A DNA stretch of 63,893 bases, counting the filler, from Choristocarpus tenellus KU-1152 (Eukaryota; Protista; Phaeophyceae): assembly GCA_964200185.2 (NCBI GenBank). It is 12 parts of 12 records of this genome, joined end to end, with 100 filler letters (N's around TTAATTAATTAA, not from the genome) between each part and the next. Parts side by side here need not be neighbours in the genome. Positions count along the whole stretch, not along the records: positions 9,069 to 14,863 come from CAXNAD020009735.1; positions 14,964 to 20,852 come from CAXNAD020009498.1; positions 20,953 to 25,084 come from CAXNAD020016057.1; 9 more parts are not named here. One strand, written 5' to 3'. The position numbers and the translations under genes were made by a program. Below, one piece after another: positions 11,607 through 22,199 of this stretch (positions are counted from its first letter, which is position 1; each line of letters starts with the position of its first letter). The notes beneath the pieces are model-generated. The model saw only the letters and a list, made by a program, of their open reading frames with translations. It was not told the origin of the DNA and searched no databases.

Positions 11607-14600
11607 ATGTTACAAGTGGGATAAATGTCCCACATCAACACCACCAGGGCATACTTCGTTGCACTGGTGTGTACGTAGAACCCTGTCTTACCAAGCCCAA
11701 CTCCTGACTCCATACCATCTAACTGACTCTGCTCCAGTTTTCCTTCTTGTCCTCTCGCATCCTTGAGTTATGCCACTACAACGTGAACAAATACTCGATG
11801 TAAATGAGAGAGTCCGACCTTGCTCCTGCCAAGAAACAAATTACGACAATCTTGTATTGTATCCTCCAGGGTCGTGCAACACCTGTTTGTGTTGTGAATC
11901 GAAAGAGGTTGCGAATTGTCACTCAAAACGTTTTTGATTGCATCGAATTTATCACACAATGCACAAAACGTGCGTGGCGAGGCTGAAAGCCCCTTGACAG
12001 GTGATGGGCCCCACCTCTAGGAGGAACAAAAATGTTGACTTGCACTAGTATTTATGAGGTATTTTATTTACGACGAGAAGGACCATGTACTGTCAAATTC
12101 GAGATGCCCAGTACATACAAAAACACATGTTTCGCTCAAGAAAGCTGAAGAGTCTATGGCTGATGGGTTGTGAAGAGAGACGATTTATCTGTTTTGTGTG
12201 AGATCTTCTAGCTCTTTGATGACAGCGATGACGTGTTGTATTGGAGGAGAGGAGAGAGACTACAAACACGAAAGAACTCAGAAGCAAGACGAACCGAACA
12301 GCCACCAATAAACGGAAACTTTGTTGGCTACAAGTCAAGGTAATACAATACCACAACCGTTACTTTTACAGGGACCCTTACGATATTGAATTGGCGTTTT
12401 CCTTGACAAACCTCCAAAATGTCAAATACATAATAGTATATATGCAACGTACCAACTGCAACAGTTAATTCAATATTGTAGGCCACTATTTTTCCATTTG
12501 TTGAGAGGTAGAAGTTCAGTTTAAACGTCACTCTTCACTCACACCATTATAAGTAAGAAATAAGTAGATGCAGTCCTCCCTGTAAGGAATACTCCAACAA
12601 AAGTAGCCTCTCTGTTGCCGACAACCAAGACAAACTTGAAGTCTGTCCTATCGCAAAAGAACTTCACAAAGTAGGTAAACTGGTAATGGTAACGCTGCGC
12701 GTCAGTAGCATGGTGTGTGTAACATTGTGCAACATAGCTGTGTGGCGGGTATAGTGCTACAAGTGCAAGGTCATTAACACACTCCAAAAAAATATGGAGT
12801 CCTTTCTATCTGTCGCTCATGCCCTTGGAGCAAGAAATAAGGAACCCAAGTCCTCCCTGAAGTCAACACAACAAGAAGCAGGCTACTCAAGTCTCCAACA
12901 AGCAAATTAAGTGTGAACCCCATCCTATTAACAGATTTAAAGGAAGCAGCAGGTCCCCCACACCCTAACTAATAAGTAAAAGTGCAATCCTCCCTATTAA
13001 CAACACTACACTCACACCCTGAAAAAAAGTGTTCATATTGTACACGTACACAGAATATCCATGTAAGCTTATTTTTGTTCGTCTTTCAATGAATGGCGGC
13101 AACCAGTGTGGAGGCGACTCTTGCTTCCAGGGCGTTGAGCATTTTTTCATTGGTATCCTTCCTCATCATGATTCTCAGGGGTCCTCCTCCATCCTCTTGT
13201 CTACTGTAGAACTTCCGTATGAACTGCATATTAACTAGCGCTGGAGTTATCCCAAAAGTAGACCAAGGGCTGCATTCCTTGGGTGTTCGGTCTTGAGTAC
13301 GCCCCAAGTATGTACTCCAAGTAGCAGGGTGAAGTGCAAAGAGGAACCCCCCTACCTTTGGGAACCATCCGTGTCATATTTTTTTTCTCTTCTTCAAACA
13401 ACGGTTAGGGTTATTTTTCACACACAAGTCAGGGTTAGGGTTTGGTTTTCGAAAATGGGTGTAGAAAAGTGAAAAGACGTAGGTCCGAGAGAAGAGGTGA
13501 TTCCCCAGAGCACACTGTACAGCTGCACCACTTCTAGAATGTCTCCTTGGGTGGTTATGTTTCCACACACAAGACAAAGTTTGGGTTAGGGTTAGGGTTA
13601 GAGTTGCCGTTGAGGATACGGTTAGGTTTTTCGAAAATAGACGCGAAAGGGGAGCTGCCTGCACCACAGACCAGACAACTTACAAAGCTTGCCAATTTCA
13701 GGGTAGTATATCCAAGCCCCAGACACTGCGCAAGAAACAGGGGAGGGATGGGGAAGTGCTGATGTTAGTCAAATCCAGAATACACTAGGAACAGTGGACC
13801 GATCTGACCAAGGATGGTGTACTTGAATGCGATCCATATAGAACTCTACATCACGTGCCCTATGTTGCAGAATATCTCCCATACGCTCTCAGCCCCCTGC
13901 CGGACAAGATGATCGCCAATTTCAAGAGCAGACAAAAAGCAGTCCCGGATCGTGTACACGACATGTTCTCTCACAAGACACGTGAGTACATTTGTGAACA
14001 TGCTGATATTTTTTTTGCGCCTTGTATTAAAGGCATACTTACAAAATTTCAAGCCCTAAGCTGTGGGGTACTGATGTATCTAAAGTGCGTTCGTGTGTGA
14101 ATTAAACAACGATCAGTATATATCATTATTTCTCAGGGTTCATTACAGAAATAAGAACATTGTTGGTTGAAGCACCTTGACAGCCAAGAATTTCGACATT
14201 TGAAAAATAGTGGTTGTAGTACTGGTTCTAGCATTCACACGATAAAAACTAGATATATTTTTCAGCACGAAATATTTTCATGCTTTGTGAGTTCTTAGAC
14301 AAAAAGGCGTCGGACTACTCTTATTTTAACTATTTTCTTCAAGAATGACAAGAACTTTGAAAAACCGAGGAGTTCACATCTAGCATACATTTTATCTTGC
14401 TTATTAAGAGTAAAAGGAATTGAGAGGTAGGCGAGTTTGGCTTCTCTTGCATTCTAAGCAATCTTTGTTATACTGTGCAATGCACCCAATTTCATTGCCA
14501 TATATGTGTTCACAGTAGCGTACACAAACACAAAATTGATATACCCCCTTTCCACACACAAAGTGACACCACAATTCAGCAATTGCTCTTCCTGCAATCG

Positions 14601-14838
14601 TACAAAACGATGTCTCTTGCCATTTCCGTACACAAAAAAATGCAATCTTGTCTACCTTTCAATTAGTTTGACTGCCCTAAAAGAGGAGTTCCTGGACAAA
14701 TATCTTCGGACTACCCATATTTTTTCTTCACTTCACGAGAAAGTCCGGACCTGTAACGCCGAGGACTTAATATCTAGGACGGTTCTGCTTAATTATATAG
14801 TTTCCACAGAAAGGGCTTCGATCTCCTTCAACACAACA

Positions 14839-14863
14839 GACCCAAAGTATCTGGGAGGGGGGG
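14839..14863. mobile_element. MITE family B terminus at contig end
   Basis: gacccaaagtatctgggaggggggg followed by the spacer. Confidence 0.75.
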
Positions 14864-15489
14864 NNNNNNNNNNNNNNNNNNNNNNNNNNNNNNNNNNNNN
14901 NNNNNNNTTAATTAATTAANNNNNNNNNNNNNNNNNNNNNNNNNNNNNNNNNNNNNNNNNNNNTACGCGCGTATACTGCTCGCGCCGGTTAAAGCGCGGG
15001 AAGAAATACTCGCGCTTTTCGCCTGTAACATGTCCATACCATGTTTCACCTCTCTTTCCACGAGGGATATAGGGTGTGGCATCATTCTTATCATGCTCAA
15101 GATCGTCTTACGTGGCGGTCTGGGTATTTTGGGTGCTCATGCTTGGTCGTACTGTGGTAAGTTGTTTGTGTTTCATTGTTTTCTGGCTGGTGTAGTATAA
15201 GACCACATACGGAGAGGTGTACAGAGAGGCGCAGGCTTATAAACCATGTGTGTGCACATGTAAGGATATTTGTATGATATTGGGTGGGTTGCTGGGTAGT
15301 GGCAATGTTCAATGAGTCGTGGTTTGTGCAGGTTCTCGGTATCTGAGATTGCTGTGTACAGTACGAAGAACACAGTTAGCCAATTGTGGGGGTTGACATG
15401 CGCCTCCCACCTGTATTCAGTTTCAATCCATACTGGGGCTTCACAGCTCTGTACTCGCAGGCACGTTAGACTCCTTGGTCCATGTTTCA

Positions 15490-15756
15490 GAGCCAAAGTG
15501 TCTTAGAGGGTAGAGCCGCGTCCATTTCGCGGCCAAAATCCAATGTTGCAATTCTGATGTGATTTTGGCTATCATGTTTGTTAGGAGATGTCAATATCCT
15601 TGTTCCGGACACACCTTTTCATAACGTATACATTTTACCTACGAGTAGACTCCGAAACATTTTGGAGTGGGTAAAATGTCAATAAAAACCTGTGGGAAGC
15701 CAAGCCCCAAATGGACAAACAGAGAATAACTCGTACCCTCTAAGATACTTTCGCTC
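15490..15756 (+). mobile_element. MITE family A reference copy (267 bp, ~23-bp TIRs, 4-bp TSD; Sola2-like)
   Basis: Left gagccaaagtgtcttagagggta, right taccctctaagatactttcgctc; perfect TTCA duplication at 15486-15489 and 15757-15760; no coding capacity. Confidence 0.9.
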
Positions 15757-15779
15757 TTCAAGATAACGTAAAGAAAAGC

Positions 15780-16775
15780 ATTTTGTCAGTACAGGTCCCA
15801 CTGACAGCCGGAAAAAGAAAAGAGCTGTATTCAAGCTGCTCTGTATATATGACGGTGAGAACAGATCCTACCTCCTGCAGATCATGTCCCGTCTGTGGAC
15901 TCAGCTCTGGCCACAACCCTGACATTTGCTGGAGTGCCTGGAGGTGCTCCAGCAGAGAGCAGATATCAGAACACTGCTTTCCTTCGCTTGCCTTCCATCA
16001 TATTCAGGCATTTACTGCACTGACCCTGCCTAACAACAGGGGTCAGAACCGTCATTGGTGGTACTTGTGTACTGCTTCACTACTATTAACATGAGAGGCC
16101 AGGATCGCAATAGGAGGTTTAGTTGGTGAAACTTCAACACTGCCTGACCAAGATGTGGGTCGTTGACTTGGTTCTGGCGCCTAACCCTCCATGGAAGCCA
16201 CGGTAATAACAACCTTTCATACGGTTTGAAGGCGAGGAAGAAATGGGGTCTGCCGGAAACGGTAAAGGACCACGTGAATAAACAAGCGTAGGACACGGGT
16301 TCCTTCCTGATCACTAGGGATAAAAAAAAACTATTAACATGAGCGCCCTACTCACCCACACTGATCCCAGTGCCCCCGCTGCCAACCCCTTCACTGTCGA
16401 CTCGGGTTGCACTGCCCACATGGCTGACCACACCCAAATTCCCACCCTGAATGACTACCTTTCAAACATTGTCCCCCTGTCCCTACTTATCACCGTGTTT
16501 GGCATTGGCGACCGTCAGCTTATTGCCCACGGTCAAGCCACATTCACCAGACAACTCCCTCATCACAACTCTTTATGTACTCGTCTGTCCTTCACTGTAA
16601 TGCTGGTTCCTGGTCTTGGTCGTCACCTGTACTCAACATCTGCAGCAGCCTCTGTGGGCTGGAGCACAATGACCTCCTGCAAACCGCATCTCGTCAATGG
16701 CATTTCCCTTATCTCCCTCTGGACAATGGCCTCCCTGTACTTCCTGTTTTTACAACATGCCTGCCAGATTTGAAA
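15780..16775 (+). mobile_element. Ty1/copia gag-protease remnant, interrupted by a retroposon
   Basis: Zinc-knuckle-like CPVCGLSSGHNPDIC, then copia protease motifs FTVDSGCTAHM and LVPGLGRHLYS; frameshifted. Confidence 0.75.
16096..16329 (+). mobile_element. 5'-truncated poly(A) retroposon (SINE or LINE 3' end) with 14-bp TSD
   Basis: ACTATTAACATGAG duplicated at 16082-16095 and 16330-16343; ends ..gggttccttcctgatcactagggat-poly(A); close relative at ~17317-17592. Confidence 0.85.
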
Positions 16776-16814
16776 CCTGAGTGCCCTCACCCACTCCACT
16801 TACCCAAGCCCTAC

Positions 16815-18007
16815 CTTGAGACGTTGCCCTAGCGGGTTCAGCAGTTTGGCTGCCTTAGGGTGGCTATATCCTCTCCTGGATTTTCCGGGCTCGAGCCCCG
16901 GGTATCAGGACATTGCGAAAAGAGTCGCCACAACCATCAATCTCCGAGGGCTACCTAAATGGGTAGGGTTGCCTGTGTACAGAGAAGGACTGGGGTTGCA
17001 ATAGGAGGTTTAGTCGGTGAACCTCTAGCACTGCCTAGGCGAGGATGTGGGTGTGAACTTAGCCTAGGGACCTTCCCTTCCATGGAGCCCATGACAATGA
17101 TGACCCTTCTTAAGGGTTGCTCACGTGGAGGATTTGGGTTCCACTGACAACGGCAACGCACCATGCGAAGACATAAGTGTAAGGCACGGGTTCCTCCCAT
17201 TTGCAGTACACCTATCAGGCCGTGATGAATGGACCCTCTGTTGGAGCATTCCACAACCAATGCCATACCACCATCGCCATGAGATGCACATGCCCATCTT
17301 GACACTGCTACCGCTGAGGGCCAAAGCCCTAATGGGTAGGGTTGCTCAAGTACAGGGCAAGACCGGGATCGCATTAGGAGGTTTAGTTAGTAAAACTCCA
17401 ACACTGCCTGAACCAAGATGTGAGTCGTTGACTTGGTTCTGGCGCCTAACCCTCCATGGAAACCACGATAATGACGACCTTCCATAACGTTTGAGGACGT
17501 GGAAGAAATGGGGTCCACCAGAAACGGTAAAGGATCACGCGAATAAATAAGCGTAGGACACGGGTTCCTTCCTGATCACTGGGGATAAAAAAAGAGATGG
17601 AGACGGCTACCTATTTGGAGGAACAGGATGCACAACAACTTTTCTGGACAGTGTGGCAATGCCTCGATGACCCCCTTTACATGATCTTCAGGTGAGGCTT
17701 ACAGAGCCACATATTAGGGTGTAATACCCATAGTGGTTGCATAATAGGTGGATTAGGCTTGGATGGGTCTCCTGAATGCAACCACTATGCATAATGTCTC
17801 TCCAGTCCAACAATGTTTGATGCTAAGAATATAGCTTGCTGTGTGATTAGCCCAATGTGGTTCGGATTGAATTTGCATGTATTGGTTGGAGGAAGATGGT
17901 AGGAACCCTCTGTAGGCAGGGAGAGAACGGTAAGGGAAGTAATCCTTGTAATGAGGAATAAGTATAAGGCACGGGTTCCTTCCTGATCACTAGGGACAAA
18001 AAAAAAA
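16815..18007 (+). mobile_element. Longer member of the same retroposon family, containing a nested short copy (~17317-17592)
   Basis: Ends ggcacgggttccttcctgatcactagggac-poly(A); 16955-17195 is a diverged homologue of the short element; 17195-17300 plus 17594-17960 is colinear with 18540-19040. 5' boundary uncertain. Confidence 0.6.
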
Positions 18008-18329
18008 CTTTCCCCTCTCCCATCTTCAACTCCCTCCACTTAACTTTCATTGAAGACCTCCCATTGCCAACCACCCCTCTGATCATTGCCCAGATCCACC
18101 TGTCCTTATTGCCGCCGAACCTTCATTCCCACCCTCCCTTCCATCCTTGCACGTTCCACACCACCACAAGCTTGTCACAGCCGACCCCACAAATGTCTCC
18201 CCGGTGACATTGACCCCTGATGCTCCCACCGTGAACTTCACCCCCCCCAATGACCATCCTGAACTGTTGCCTTCCCATTCCAATCCATTTTACCACCCAC
18301 CTCCCCCCCTCAACTCCACCAACCACTAC

Positions 18330-18495
18330 CTGACCATTGTCTTAAGTCTCTACTCAGAGCACCTTGACCACTACCTTAAATCTCGACTCAGAGCACCTAC
18401 ACCATTGCCTTAAGCCTCTCCTTAGACACCTCAACTATTACTCTAAGACTCTACTCAGAGCAGTTTACCACCGTACCTTAAGACTTTACTCATCA
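18330..18495. repeat. Degenerate ~33-34-bp tandem repeat, ~5 copies
   Basis: Core ctactcagagcacc..acca..ccttaa recurs at ~18350, 18385, 18420 and 18452. Confidence 0.6.
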
Positions 18496-18539
18496 ATTCC
18501 ATTATATTTACTCCATTCAGATCATCATTACCGCAAGCC

Positions 18540-19040
18540 TTTTCTCCCATTCGCAGTACATCCACCTGGCCGTGGAGAATGGCCCTCTGTTGGGGGATGC
18601 CACAACCAGTGACATATCAACATCACCAAGAGATGTACATGCCCATCTCGATGCATTCTCCCTCTATTGAGGTGAGATGGGGGCACGGGGCATATTTGGA
18701 GGAATAGGATTGCGACAACTTTTCGATGTGGTTGGAAAATGCCTCAAGGATCCCCATTACATGGTCTTCAAGTGAGGTTTACATCACCATACATTAGGGA
18801 TAACACCCATTATGACTGCACAATAGATGGCTTAGGCTTTTATAGGTCTCCTGAATGCAACTACTGTACATAGCACCTCTCCTGTCCAACGAATTGCACC
18901 CCTAAGAATAGACTGTCGGGTGGTTAACTCAATGCGGTTAATATTGAAGGTACCTGTATAGATTGGGGGAAGATGGTAGGAATCCTCCTTAAACGGTGAG
19001 AAGACGGCAAGGGAACTGATTCTTGTAATGAGGAAGAACC
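18540..19040 (+). mobile_element. Diverged internal copy of the retroposon family
   Basis: Colinear similarity to 17195-17960 once the nested insert is removed (e.g. atttggagga, ggtctcctgaatgcaac, ggaagatggtaggaa, cttgtaatgaggaa). Confidence 0.7.
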
Positions 19041-19767
19041 TGGGCTGAAAAACAATGGTACTAGTGAGAACAGGAACCCATTGTAATGGACCCATGATGA
19101 TGAAGACAGTTGGAAAATGTTAGCCTGGGACAGATGCTGTAGGTGACGGTCTCTGGCTTACTCAAGTGGCAAGCCCAACCTTTGGTAAGGAGTCAGTCAT
19201 GATGAGACTGGAAAGGGGCTACTAAATTCGGGTAGGAGTTGCCAAGTGTGAAGCCACGAAGTACCGGTATTCCAGTAGGAAGATGGATTTGTCAGAAACC
19301 GGAATTAGGAGTAGGGGTATGCCATACCCTCACCGCATCAATCACTGAGGATCAGTACAGTTAATGTAAGGCAGGTTGTGAACAGACCAAGTCTGGATGG
19401 GAGAGACAGTGAGGTTATTTGGTGGGTGCAACCCCCACACTACCTGGGTTATGTAAGTGCCATGAATCCTGGTGTTGACCCCATGTTTCAAGTCTATGCC
19501 TGGCGAGACTCGGAATGGCCACTAGAATTGGCATGGGAAAACATGAGCATTCATTTGTAAGTATCGGTAAATGTTTTTCTTCATTCCCACTCTGGGGACG
19601 AAGAAATCCCCTCTAAACAAGCCATTTCTTAGAGCAACTTTCCCATCCCCATCTCACTGCAACTGTATATAGATTATTAATTTTAAGAAACATCTCTGTA
19701 CTGCATCTTTCTTTGTTAATATGCTGGGATCTGCACCACTACTTTCCTTGGGCACACGATGGACACA

Positions 19768-20326
19768 GAGTCAAAGCATTTAAGAGGGTAGGGCCGCGTC
19801 CGTTCGGGAACATAAATCCAATGTCGTGATTTTGCTGAGTTTTGGCTACAGTGTTTGTTAGCAAGTATCAATATCCTTGCTCCAGAGTGAAAGTATCTTC
19901 TTAGGGTACGAGTTTTGCCCTATTTTTTCGTTTGATGCTTGGCTTCCCACGTTTTGTTTAATGACATTTTACTTCCTCGAAAACTTTTCAGAGTAGGTAA
20001 AATGTATGCATTATGAGAAGGTGTGTCTGGAACAAGGATATTGACACCTCCTAACAAGCACAATAGCCAAAATTACATCAAAATCGCAACATTGGATTTT
20101 GGCCCCCAAACGGACACGGCTCTACCCTCTAAGATACTTTGATTCTCCAGACACACCTTCCATAGTTGTTTACAGAAGGTAACATGTATAAGTTATAAAA
20201 AGGTGTGCCCGGCAATGGATATTGGCACATCCTAACAAACACAATAGCCAAAATTACATCAAAATCGGAACATTGGATTTCTGCCCCCAAACGGATATGA
20301 CTCTACCCTCTAAGATACTTTGACTC
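19768..20326. mobile_element. MITE family A derivative: two inverted left arms hosting a nested full copy
   Basis: Left arm from 19768 (gagtcaaagcatttaagagggtag); inverted left arm ~20195-20326; flanks CACA/AATG do not match. Confidence 0.75.
19885..20145 (-). mobile_element. MITE family A full copy nested within family A sequence
   Basis: TCCA duplicated at 19881-19884 and 20146-20149; removing it restores tatccttgctccagacac, seen uninterrupted at ~42903 and ~53271. Confidence 0.9.
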
Positions 20327-20743
20327 AATGTTTTTCTTTGCAATGTTATGTATTGAGTATTTTGTTACTTAACAAGTTCCCTTTGTTGTCTCTCACCTTC
20401 TTTCTCCCTTCTATTTCCTTTGGCAATGTTCCACCTCAACCCATCATCATGTCTTTGGAAATCAGTCTCATAGCCCATCATCATCCGCTAAGGGGCAAAG
20501 CTTAGATGAGTAGGGTTGCTCGCGAACAGAGGGATGCAATAGGATAATAGTTGGTGATAATGCAACACTACCAGTTTCTGGTATTGAGCATTGCAACTGT
20601 ACTTGGCACCTATCCTTCCATGAAACCAGGGATAAAGACAGCAGGTAATGCCTTGCTCGACAATGCAGGGGGAGTGGGGTGGGCTGCTTGCAGTAACCCC
20701 CACGTTAATTACATAAGCGTAAGGACAGATTTTTCCTTATTTG

Positions 20744-20852
20744 AGCTCAAAGTATCTGGGGGGGGGGGGGGGGGGGGGGGGCGGGCAGTTGGAGGCCAAT
20801 TTTTTCAGGCGGCGATTTTTGGGTGGTTTGGTTGCAGACGGCAGATGAATAT
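20744..20852 (+). mobile_element. MITE family B left part at contig end
   Basis: agctcaaagtatct-poly(G), then sequence resembling the family B interior (low quality after the G run). Confidence 0.75.
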
Positions 20853-20952
20853 NNNNNNNNNNNNNNNNNNNNNNNNNNNNNNNNNNNNNNNNNNNNTTAA
20901 TTAATTAANNNNNNNNNNNNNNNNNNNNNNNNNNNNNNNNNNNNNNNNNNNN

Positions 20953-21300
20953 CTTGCGCCTTGATGATAAAATACCACCCACCCAGGAAACATGGACGAC
21001 GCCCATTTCTGGTGCTCAACGAGGAAATGTGATAGTAAAGGCTCTAACACTGCGAATTCTGTACGTGTGTATGAATGAGGGGAAAGACCGTCAACGGCGC
21101 TCGAGATGGCAGCAGGATATGCGATGGTCAGGCCGGAAACTGTGAGTAAATGGCAGAGAGACTTCCAAACTAAGGGTCACATCAAGGTGTCTGTGAGCAA
21201 GGGCGCTATAAGAGGCGTTTCGTCCTGGGCCTCGACGAGGACATCGTTGCCGAGGTCAAAGAGTGGGTATACGAACAGATAGGAAGAAAGGGTTTGGCTT
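20953..21300 (+). pseudogene. Probable N-terminal (HTH) fragment of a DNA transposase, IS630-Tc1-mariner-like
   Basis: Joining frames gives LEMAAGYAMVRPETVSKWQRDFQTKGHIK / VCEQGRYKRRFVLGLDEDIVAEVKEWVYEQIGRKG: an HTH-like TVxxW motif followed by QGxYxR..DEDI..W. Assigned from remembered family pattern only. Confidence 0.35.
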
Positions 21301-21574
21301 TTTTCCAGTCTAAATCCTATACTTCAACCAAGTAATATTGCATCTGTTGCCACTCTTGGTGACCCACAATCCCGTGTTCGGACCCCAATATGAGAGCTCT
21401 TTCTTAAAAAAACAAAAACAAAAAAATTAAGCCCGTACTCTGGAGAGTCTTGTGACTGGCATCACGAATATGCTTTTATTTTTTAAATCCAATGTTCTCA
21501 TTCAAGGTTATGACGGGACACCCCCAGAGGGCGAGGGTGCTAGTACCACAATAGGAAAATATCATTAAAATACG

Positions 21575-21641
21575 CCATGGGAAGTCAAGCCCCAAATGGA
21601 CAAACAGGGCAAACCTCGTACCCTCTAAGATACTTTCACTC
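21575..21641 (+). mobile_element. MITE family A right-hand fragment
   Basis: atgggaagtcaagccccaaatggacaaacagggcaaacctcgtaccctctaagatactttcactc. Confidence 0.85.
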
Positions 21642-22199
21642 TGACTGAGCCACCAGATGTGAGCAGTTGTTTGCACAAACCTGAGAGGTTCCGGGTCTGC
21701 GGGTTGAAGAGGTAATTCAAAGAAGGGAAGGGCACACTCTTGAGAAATGCTAAGTATGATCATAGAAGAGCAAGCAGGAAAATTGGGTAAAAGAAAGAAA
21801 CCTGACTCTGAATGCATCCACACCCAGGCTTTCTCTTAGCCTTTTCTGGTCCATGGAGGCCCAGAAAACCTTCATACACCACATGCATGTCACACAGAGG
21901 AAACAAAACAAGGTGAAGAACAAGAAGGGACGCAAAAAAAAACTGACCAAAAAGGAGAGAATACAATGACAGAGTAACATTCCGCGTAGTAATGGTGGTG
22001 ATGGTTGCTTGGGCTATCTTTCTATCCTGCCTTGAGTTGTTATGGTTCAAGATGTAAACCTCCAGTAGGATAAGCTGTACAAACTAAATATGAGCTTAAT
22101 GTGTTGGTCTGGATTTGAACTTGCCTTCCCTATTGCCTCATCGGAACCCGTCACCCCCTTGTTGTCACAGTTCCCAGCTATCACAGGGAAGAATTCCAT

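Noticed and set aside
21360-21430. gtgttcggacc B-box-like word before an A-rich run
   Set aside because: No cloverleaf, A-box, TSD or second copy.
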